A model generated the notes under the pieces. The model ran no database searches. It had not been told where the DNA came from and saw only the letters and a program-made list of their open reading frames with translations. The position numbers and the translations under genes are program-made. A stretch of 32,862 nucleotides of DNA, the filler included, from Candidatus Woesearchaeota archaeon (GTDB lineage: Archaea > Nanobdellota > Nanobdellia > Woesearchaeales > JABGUJ01): the NCBI GenBank assembly GCA_018646625.1. It is 3 parts of 2 records of this genome, joined end to end, with 100 filler letters (N's around TTAATTAATTAA, not from the genome) between each part and the next. Parts side by side here need not be neighbours in the genome. Positions count along the whole stretch, not along the records: positions 5,634 to 10,608 come from JABGUJ010000003.1; positions 10,709 to 32,862 come from JABGUJ010000003.1; 1 more part is not named here. The stretch is one strand, 5' to 3'. The stretch's first letter is position 1. Each line of letters opens with the position of its first letter. Shown here in pieces: positions 9,025 to 16,290 of this stretch.

Positions 9025-10239
9025 ATGACCATTACGGTAATAGACAACTCGCACAAGAGACGGTCATCAAGATATTCTAAGGAAGGTCGAGATAAAAAAG
9101 CAGTAGTCCTAGCAGGAGGCGCAGCATCTGGCGCAGGCCAGATGATTGGAGCACTAAATGCGACAAACGATTGCATAGACACAACAGTCTCAGATTTTGA
9201 GCTATTTGTAGGGTTAAGCGCAGGAGCAATAGTAGGCAGCGCATTAGCTGTTGGAACTCCTGTTGAAGAAATTAGAAGAAGCTTCAGCGCAAAATCAGAC
9301 AGACTATCATTCTTTGGATGGGGAGACTATCTAAGTTTCAACATGGAATTCATTAATCCATTATTCATGCCAACCGACATAATGGGCATGGTATACAGAC
9401 ATTTAAGAAAACACCCAAAAGTCGCAGAACGTTGGACTGAGATTCTACAAAGTGATGAACCAAGAGTAGACAAAATTGAAGAATTAATAAGCGACGCAGG
9501 AAGAGAATTTCATTTTCCAAGAAGATACATACCCCTAGGAATGTTCAGCAATTCAGGCATAGAGAAATATGTTAGAGAAAATCTCGAAAGAAATGGAAAA
9601 CCAAACGACTTTGCAGAACTATTTGACGCTACAGGCAGAGAGTTTTACGCAGTTGCAACTAATCTCGACACAGGATACAGTGCACCTTTCGGACATGACG
9701 CAATAAGAGGCACAACAATATCAGAAGCAGTACAAGCATCTTCCGCGTTACCTATCGTATACACACCAGTACAACTTAGAACATCAGAAGGCACACATTC
9801 ATACGTTGACGGAGCTATAAGTAAGACAGCAAATGTAGGATTAGCTAACGAGAAAGGCGCAGATTTAGTTGTTTGTTTTAATCCATTCAGAGCTATAGAC
9901 TACAGAAAGATTTGGAAAGGAAATGGAACCGCTCAAAAAGCAATAATGGACAACAGCGTAATACAATATGGCTATCAGTTGTTCAGAGTATTACTTGGAA
10001 GCAGACTTCGCATGGCCGTAGCTCAATACAGATCAGATCCTGAATTTTACGCAGATGTTATATTGGTAGAACCCGACCAAGAAGATTACAAATTTTTTAT
10101 GATGAATCCCCTTAACTTATTTACTAGAACCCTCGCATCAGATCACGCATATGAAACAACAAGACAACAACTAAGAGATAATTACGATAACGTCGCACCA
10201 ATTCTTGACAGACACGGAATAGAACTAAACCGAACATAA
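9025..10239 (+). CDS. patatin-like phospholipase
   Basis: VLAGGAASG oxyanion loop, GLSAG nucleophile elbow, ASSALP and YVDGA catalytic Asp. Confidence 0.92.
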   Translation: MTITVIDNSHKRRSSRYSKEGRDKKAVVLAGGAASGAGQMIGALNATNDCIDTTVSDFELFVGLSAGAIVGSALAVGTPVEEIRRSFSAKSDRLSFFGWGDYLSFNMEFINPLFMPTDIMGMVYRHLRKHPKVAERWTEILQSDEPRVDKIEELISDAGREFHFPRRYIPLGMFSNSGIEKYVRENLERNGKPNDFAELFDATGREFYAVATNLDTGYSAPFGHDAIRGTTISEAVQASSALPIVYTPVQLRTSEGTHSYVDGAISKTANVGLANEKGADLVVCFNPFRAIDYRKIWKGNGTAQKAIMDNSVIQYGYQLFRVLLGSRLRMAVAQYRSDPEFYADVILVEPDQEDYKFFMMNPLNLFTRTLASDHAYETTRQQLRDNYDNVAPILDRHGIELNRT

Positions 10240-10314
10240 TGGACCGATCGGGATTTGAACCCGAAGCCTCCCGGCTGCCAGCCGGGCGTTATAACCGGAT
10301 TTAACTATCGGCCC
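10240..10314 (-). tRNA. tRNA-Ala(GGC)
   Basis: GGGCCGA/TCGGTCC-A acceptor stem with G3:U70, CCCGG-CTGGCAG-CCGGG anticodon arm, TCGGG-TTCAAAT-CCCGA T arm. Confidence 0.96.
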
Positions 10315-10399
10315 TTAATAAAAAGAATCTTTTAAACAATTTATAAATCTACCTCTAACATCGCATTAACTTTATAACTGATTCAGAGAAAGCACTCTG

Positions 10400-10608
10400 A
10401 TGAAAAATCATTTTACCCTAGAAAATGCAAAATACGCAGGTAGTCTATTAGTTGCTGGTGGAACAGGTTATGTTCTCGCATCTATTACAACTTATTTTGC
10501 AAACAAATTTGGAGTAAGTCCGGAAGCAATCGCACTCTCTGCTTATGCTGCAAAAACTGTTGGCTTCATGGGAGGAAATGTCGTTGCATACAAATTTATG
10601 CACAGAGG
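10400..10608 (+). CDS. membrane protein, 3'-truncated by the linker
   Basis: Two hydrophobic helices; TATA-like TTTATAA ~25 bp upstream; weak resemblance to 31347-31832. Confidence 0.65.
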
Positions 10609-10708
10609 NNNNNNNNNNNNNNNNNNNNNNNNNNNNNNNNNNNNNNNNNNNNTTAATTAATTAANNNNNNNNNNNNNNNNNNNNNNNNNNNNNNNNNNNN
10701 NNNNNNNN
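10609..10708. other. artificial assembly linker (44 N + TTAATTAATTAA + 44 N)
   Basis: Exactly 100 bp with stop cassette at 10653-10664. Confidence 0.97.
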
Positions 10709-11047
10709 TGTAACACGAACTTTGACCTTTCTACCAGAAGGAACCTTCAACTTATTAGTTGTATACTCTTTATCATCTTCATTCTCAAACTTACATTCAA
10801 CTTTAACAGGAGGCTCAGCAACAATGTGAACTTTTTTCTCACCTTTAATTTGCGCCCTATTAACGCGAGTCATTGCAGTAATAGTAACTTCTTCCTCTCT
10901 AGCATCAGGAGGAACAGGGAAATCCACATTAAAATGATCGGCACCTCTAGGATTTTCATCTTCAGGATATACAGCTTTCGCTACATGTTTCTTATTCTTA
11001 TATCTCAGTTCAGCTGACCTATATTGTTTATGTGGGTCGTCCGCCAT
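10709..11047 (-). CDS. beta-rich (Ig-like) protein without signal peptide, 3'-truncated by the linker
   Basis: ATG 2 nt after the upstream stop; alternating beta patterns FNVDFPVP, EVTITA, KKVHIV, VKVRVT. Confidence 0.75.
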
Positions 11048-11049
11048 CT

Positions 11050-13011
11050 TTAATCAATCCTATAATCCTCTTCGCCTTCTACAAACACAGTTGCTCTCAA
11101 ATTAGTACCCATAGGTGCCTCATCAGGAGCATCAATATTCAAATGAGGCGCAGGCATAAACTCAACCTCAACTTGATCTCTTATCGTACCTTCAACTTCA
11201 GCAGTAATTGTTGCTTTGCCTTTTTTATCAGATTTTATTCTAACCAACACATTACCATTAGCATCAGGAACACTTCTAAACGTAACAGGTTTATCGCCAC
11301 CTTCGAAACCAGGAATCGCAGAACCACCTACAAAAGGAACTCTCATAAGATTATTCTTTGCTTTTTGTTTCCACCAATCACCACTAAATGTTTTCTTTTT
11401 AGACGAATCAGAAGCAAGTCCCGCACTAGCATCAAAGTTCTCAGCAGGCATCAATTCACCGAAGTCGGTAGTTATCTCTACAAACTTACCTAGGAATTTA
11501 ACCTTCTTCTGAGTCATATCGTTAGTATATCTTCCTCGTCTCCAAGAAGACTGTTCTTCAACCCTCAACTTAGCAGTTATCAAAGAACTACTATAATTAT
11601 CAGCAGGAACTGATTTAGGTGCAGCAGACAAATTAATCAACTTCGTTTTCAATACACTACCAAGCATAACTGTAATTACCTCAGTACCTTCGCCTTCAGT
11701 AACAATAATTTCACTAGACGCATTCGGCATTCCTCCAGCTCTATATGCAGCCCAGATAAATGGGATACTACCCATAACCTTCGCACTACTTAGGTAACCA
11801 ACCGCACCTTCAACAGCACTAACCACATTACGAGACAACATGGCTTTTGCAGATGTCCACGCACCGCCAACAGGAGCCAACCTTGCAGTATTAAGAACAT
11901 TAGCACCAATACCAAACATACCGGCAACAGGACCTGCAAGTAAAGCAGAGTACATACCAATCTTTCCTAAATCTCTAAACAAAGTTCTAGGAGCATCAAC
12001 CTTTAAACCATAAGGGATACCAGTTGCAACATTCATTGAGCCAGTTGTACCATCAGGCCCAGTTCTATCATTAGACTTAGGTAACTTTAATTTTTTAAAT
12101 CCAGCTTTTTTAGGATAAGGAGTTAATTTAACATTAGCACCTTTAACTGGTTCACCATTCAAATCCATAACTTGTATTTGTGTTGGACGATAATTAGCGT
12201 TCGCCGAAGTAAGATCAGGTTCTTTATCATCAGGGTCAACATCCTTACCAGGTTTCTTACCATCTCCACCAGCACCAGGACTACTATCGCCACCAGAGTT
12301 ACCACCTGAACTACCACCGGAGTTACCACCTGAACTACCACCAGAGTTACCACCTGAATCGCCACCAGAGTTACCACCTTTACCAAACATACCTATTATC
12401 CAAAAAATACCTGCGATGATGGCCATCAACCAACCCCACCACATGATGTTAGGTTTAGTCATCAACATTCCAGCAGTAATCATAGCAAGTCCTGCAGCAG
12501 CAAGACCCATCTTCCAACTTTTTTCACCAGACTCATTCTCAAAGCCTTTGTAAATTATCAAGAAAGTAACAATCGCAATTAACAAACCACCTAAAACACC
12601 GAAAGGTGCTAAAAGTCTAAAAAGAGTATCTTGAGTATTTTGAATAGTACAAGTAGCAGCACCAATTCCACCTTTACAACCCGTTCCAACAAAAATTGCC
12701 ATCAAACTAAGGAACGCCATCGACACAGCAACTAACTTACCACTTTTGTTCAAGCCACCACTGCCACCTTTGAAAATATTTACTTTACCTAATGCAGCAC
12801 CAAGGATACCATACAATAATACAAAGAAGAAAATAACAGTAAAACCAAATACAATTTCACCAGTACTAAGCATACTATACATCCCAGCACCAATAGAAGC
12901 CAAGAACTTAGTCAAATCAGGAAACTTAAATCCCCAATCAATTGCAAATACAGAAGGAACTACAAGTAACAAAGCGAGCATAAAACTCCAAAGTGATTTT
13001 TTAATATTCAT
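11050..13011 (-). CDS. signal peptide + 5-TM protein (paralog C) with Gly/Ser linker, carboxypeptidase-regulatory-like and Big_1/invasin-like Ig domains
   Basis: VFA cleavage site; five hydrophobic helices at aa ~54-210; IQVMDLNGEPVKGANVKL...TGPDG; LSAAPKSVPAD..SSSLITAKL...DANG...GKATITAEV. Confidence 0.8.
   Translation of the reverse strand: MNIKKSLWSFMLALLLVVPSVFAIDWGFKFPDLTKFLASIGAGMYSMLSTGEIVFGFTVIFFFVLLYGILGAALGKVNIFKGGSGGLNKSGKLVAVSMAFLSLMAIFVGTGCKGGIGAATCTIQNTQDTLFRLLAPFGVLGGLLIAIVTFLIIYKGFENESGEKSWKMGLAAAGLAMITAGMLMTKPNIMWWGWLMAIIAGIFWIIGMFGKGGNSGGDSGGNSGGSSGGNSGGSSGGNSGGDSSPGAGGDGKKPGKDVDPDDKEPDLTSANANYRPTQIQVMDLNGEPVKGANVKLTPYPKKAGFKKLKLPKSNDRTGPDGTTGSMNVATGIPYGLKVDAPRTLFRDLGKIGMYSALLAGPVAGMFGIGANVLNTARLAPVGGAWTSAKAMLSRNVVSAVEGAVGYLSSAKVMGSIPFIWAAYRAGGMPNASSEIIVTEGEGTEVITVMLGSVLKTKLINLSAAPKSVPADNYSSSLITAKLRVEEQSSWRRGRYTNDMTQKKVKFLGKFVEITTDFGELMPAENFDASAGLASDSSKKKTFSGDWWKQKAKNNLMRVPFVGGSAIPGFEGGDKPVTFRSVPDANGNVLVRIKSDKKGKATITAEVEGTIRDQVEVEFMPAPHLNIDAPDEAPMGTNLRATVFVEGEEDYRID
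12286..12378. repeat. coding tandem repeat, 24-bp period (SGGNSGG[S/D])
   Basis: CCACC(A/G)GAGTTACCACC occurs four times at 24-bp spacing. Confidence 0.9.
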
Positions 13012-13184
13012 CGTTTTCTTTTCTCAACTACTTCTTTATTCTTTTCTACCAGATCACGCATATACAATTCTAGATTTTTAGATCTTACAAGGCCTAACTC
13101 GTCACAAATAAGAGAGAAATCCTCATACACATCTCGATCTATCAAGAAATTATACCGCTGTTTGTTTGTCTTTCTGGCCGCCAT
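13008..13184 (-). CDS. small ribbon-helix-helix DNA-binding protein (58 aa, absent from the ORF track)
   Basis: MAARKTNKQRYNFLIDRDVYEDFSLICDELGLVRSKNLELYMRDLVEKNKEVVEKRKR; beta-strand then helix-G-x-x-x-S-helix; ATGA overlap with the downstream gene. Confidence 0.8.
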   Translation of the reverse strand: MAARKTNKQRYNFLIDRDVYEDFSLICDELGLVRSKNLELYMRDLVEKNKEVVEKRKR

Positions 13185-13194
13185 AATTCATACA

Positions 13195-13235
13195 CACTAG
13201 TGATTACAGAAAATCATAATTATGGAGTATTTAAA
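13195..13235 (-). promoter_or_regulatory. TATA box with adjacent palindromes (candidate RHH operator)
   Basis: TTTAAATA on the minus strand (13228-13235); palindromes CATAATTATG (13215-13224) and CACTAGTG (13195-13202). Confidence 0.5.
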
Positions 13236-13259
13236 GCTTTCCATTAAATCATTAATAAA

Positions 13260-13467
13260 ACATAAATACATACTTTATAGACAAAAAAGAGCACACAACA
13301 ATACACAAAAACACCAACAAGAATACACACAGATACACAAAAAACACAGAAAAACAAGTAAAAAATACATCAAAAGCACATAAAAGATACATAAAACAAA
13401 CACAAAACAATCAAAAGAAAACAATTAACAACCAATAATACACACAAATACATCAATCATACACACA
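13260..13467. repeat. A/C-rich low-complexity intergenic tract
   Basis: Degenerate ACACAAAA/ATACAC units, very few G on the + strand. Confidence 0.6.
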
Positions 13468-15351
13468 CTAAGAATTCTTCAAAAAACCATCAACCATCTC
13501 AACAACTTCATCAACGTTCTCCACTTTTCTCTTTAAATATTCTTTAAAGTCATCATCAGAATATGAATCTTTAGCAAGCTTACCGATAATATATACAATC
13601 AATTCTCTAACATCATCCTTAACACTTTCAAAGCCACCAGATTTATATGACCGCTTCAACTCAGAATCCCTTTCAAGAACTTCAACACCGAGTGCTCGCA
13701 GATCATTAGGAATATTGGAACTCAAATAATCAACAAACAACATCAAAGAACCAAACAATTCTTTTACAACTTTGATTTCATCCATTTTAGCCTTAAGTTC
13801 ATCCATCAATTCTCTACCTTCTTTACTAGTGGCTAACTTAATGGATTCTCGAGCAATCTTTGCTAATGCAACCTCATCATCAGTCATTTGACCTTTAGTG
13901 ATTCGATCCAAAACATCAGATCCAACTTTAATTTTTCGCCGTTCAAGTTCTTTCTTCAAAGCATGAACAAACTGCATTATCTTACCTAACGCAACTTTAT
14001 AGTCTTTAGACTTTGCCGCCTCTTCAGCTTCCCTGTATTCTTTAACACCACAAGAAGCAATAGTAGCAGTCGGAACTTCGTTATCAATAGCCAATGCCTT
14101 CAAATATTCTAAAACAGATTTCGCATAATCATAAGCAGACTCTAAATCTTTCTCCTTAAGATCAGCATCAAGTCTTCGCACATCAGCATCTTCTCGATCC
14201 AAAGCCTCATGAGTAAGTTCAGTCACTAATTCCACATCACGATCAGTCATTTCATGTCGAGTCATCAATCTAACAGGCACAGGATTAGAATACTCATCAG
14301 CATGTCTCACCTTAATACTTACTTGTTCACCCAAATCTTGAATTCCTAATGCAACTATTCTGGAAGCATACACACCAAACATAAGTTCATCACGTGTCAA
14401 ATTAATCAACTCAACATAGTCTTTTTTCCCCATACAATAAACACGCAACTTAGATAAATCAGGCATCGTCAAATTAAAAGAATCAGGACCTAAATAATTA
14501 AGAACAATATGATGAGCCCTAGTTTTCTGAGCTAATTCGGCTTTAATTAGCTGCGGATGCGAAGTTATAGATTCAGATGATTCGGATCTATTAGAAGATC
14601 CAGGTTGCACAGGCATCTCAGGTTCAACGTCATCATGAGGAGCGGGAGTTGGAGTTCTACGACGTGGTGCAGCGCGTAGCTTCTCAAAAGCAGCATCCAA
14701 CTTATCTAAACCACGAGAATAAAACTCAACCACTCGTTGATAATTCTGATCTCCAGCAGCCTGATTACCTTGCCTAAGCAAGACATTCATTTCATTGATC
14801 AAAGGTTCAACCTCAGACAAATCATAAGCTAATTTTTTCTCAGTATGCATTTGTTTAAACAAAGCTAACTTTCTTTCAAGTTCCGCCTTTAATTGTCTAA
14901 ACTTGGCCATTAATTCTACTGAAACTTCACTTGAAACATGTCGAGTATGAATCTCAAACTCAGTTTTTAACCTATCAAAAAAATATTGCTCATCGTTAAA
15001 CGCAGGAACTAATCTTTCAAGACCTGCCGCAATTTTTTGTACAAACTGTTTAGAATAAATTTGATCTCTAATCTCCGCAGGTATCGCAGAAGGATTCTTT
15101 TCAAGCCGTTCATAAGTATCAAATAATTTATCGCACAAATCTTTTGTTTCAACTAAAAGATTATGACCTTGATTAAATAAAGCCAAATATTGTAAAAACA
15201 CTTTTTTCAATCTAGCATTACCCAAAGCTTCAATTAAAGCATTAACATGGGGCATCGCATTCTTAACAGCTTCATGATACTTCCAGTAATCTCTTATCGC
15301 TACACGTATCCTGATGATCTTCTGACCATTTACATGTCTTGCATCTGTCAT
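13468..15351 (-). CDS. large mostly helical protein with Pro-rich linker and a central beta domain (possibly IPT/TIG-like); no signal peptide
   Basis: 627-aa ORF; coiled-coil/TPR-like helices; VSIKVRHADEYSNPVPV closes the beta segment. Confidence 0.75.
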   Translation of the reverse strand: MTDARHVNGQKIIRIRVAIRDYWKYHEAVKNAMPHVNALIEALGNARLKKVFLQYLALFNQGHNLLVETKDLCDKLFDTYERLEKNPSAIPAEIRDQIYSKQFVQKIAAGLERLVPAFNDEQYFFDRLKTEFEIHTRHVSSEVSVELMAKFRQLKAELERKLALFKQMHTEKKLAYDLSEVEPLINEMNVLLRQGNQAAGDQNYQRVVEFYSRGLDKLDAAFEKLRAAPRRRTPTPAPHDDVEPEMPVQPGSSNRSESSESITSHPQLIKAELAQKTRAHHIVLNYLGPDSFNLTMPDLSKLRVYCMGKKDYVELINLTRDELMFGVYASRIVALGIQDLGEQVSIKVRHADEYSNPVPVRLMTRHEMTDRDVELVTELTHEALDREDADVRRLDADLKEKDLESAYDYAKSVLEYLKALAIDNEVPTATIASCGVKEYREAEEAAKSKDYKVALGKIMQFVHALKKELERRKIKVGSDVLDRITKGQMTDDEVALAKIARESIKLATSKEGRELMDELKAKMDEIKVVKELFGSLMLFVDYLSSNIPNDLRALGVEVLERDSELKRSYKSGGFESVKDDVRELIVYIIGKLAKDSYSDDDFKEYLKRKVENVDEVVEMVDGFLKNS

Positions 15352-15354
15352 TTT

Positions 15355-16290
15355 TTAGTGCCACTTAGCTGATTGATTAGGATCTAAACGATTATCCGCA
15401 GAACCAAGAGCATTCATCATCTCTTGCCTTTTCACATTATTTTGTTCAACGTCACCCAGTAACTCTTTTATTTTTTTTCTAACTTTTTCTTTATCCGCAG
15501 GAGTTGCAGGAGAATTCGAAGAATTACTAGAAGAATCATCTCCTGAAGAAGAAGGTTGAGTACCAGAAGAATTACTAGAAGGTTGTTGCGAAGATGAAGA
15601 ATTTCCTGAATTTGAAGATGAAGGAGATGAAGAATTTCCTGAATTCGAAGAAGGATTTATTTTTCCAAACTGAGTATCCTTACCATAACTATCCCCCGAT
15701 TCTTTACTCTTCCACATAGATAATAAGAAAAACACTAAACCAACTGCCATAATCAAGAAACCATACGCCATAACATTAGGATAAGAAAACCAAAATGCAA
15801 AAGCCATCATGGTTAAACCTGCCGCAACTAAAGCAGCTTTCCAGGCTTTTTCTTTATTATCATCTTTGAAGCCCATGTAAATAATCATGAACATCACAGC
15901 AGCAATCATAAAACCGCCAAAAACACCAAAAGGCGTAAGAACTTGGTTAAGAATCATAACCATGCTTTTGTACTTGGCCGCCCAGTAAAATATTGCAAAG
16001 TTCGACAACAACGCCATACATACAGCAACAATTTTACCTTGTTTGTTAACTTCCTTTTTACCCTTCTTAAAAACATCAACTTTACGCATTGCTGCAATAA
16101 CAATCGCAGTCTGCAAAGCAAACATTAACAAAAAAGTTATTCCATAAATAATATACAAATCTCTCAATACTCTCTGAAGATAAAAGAAAAATCTACTCAA
16201 CTCATTTAAAATTCTCAAAGCATGAACATTAGGAGCTAAAAATAATAAAAACGACAAGCCCAATATTCCAATTCTAAATAATTTCTTCAT
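15355..16290 (-). CDS. signal peptide + 5-TM protein (paralog B) with Ser-rich linker and helical tail
   Basis: Shares YGITF, VFKKG..VNKQGKIVAV.MALLS, L.PFGVFGG, GF.....K.WK..L.AAGL and YPN.M..G.L motifs with paralogs A and C. Confidence 0.82.
   Translation of the reverse strand: MKKLFRIGILGLSFLLFLAPNVHALRILNELSRFFFYLQRVLRDLYIIYGITFLLMFALQTAIVIAAMRKVDVFKKGKKEVNKQGKIVAVCMALLSNFAIFYWAAKYKSMVMILNQVLTPFGVFGGFMIAAVMFMIIYMGFKDDNKEKAWKAALVAAGLTMMAFAFWFSYPNVMAYGFLIMAVGLVFFLLSMWKSKESGDSYGKDTQFGKINPSSNSGNSSSPSSSNSGNSSSSQQPSSNSSGTQPSSSGDDSSSNSSNSPATPADKEKVRKKIKELLGDVEQNNVKRQEMMNALGSADNRLDPNQSAKWH

Noticed and set aside
15349..15357. Stop-codon readthrough fusing paralog B to the 627-aa ORF (TAA-AAA-ATG in frame)
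   Set aside because: Equivalent junctions in the locus are out of frame, TAA is used as a normal stop throughout, and the downstream ORF has its own ATG.
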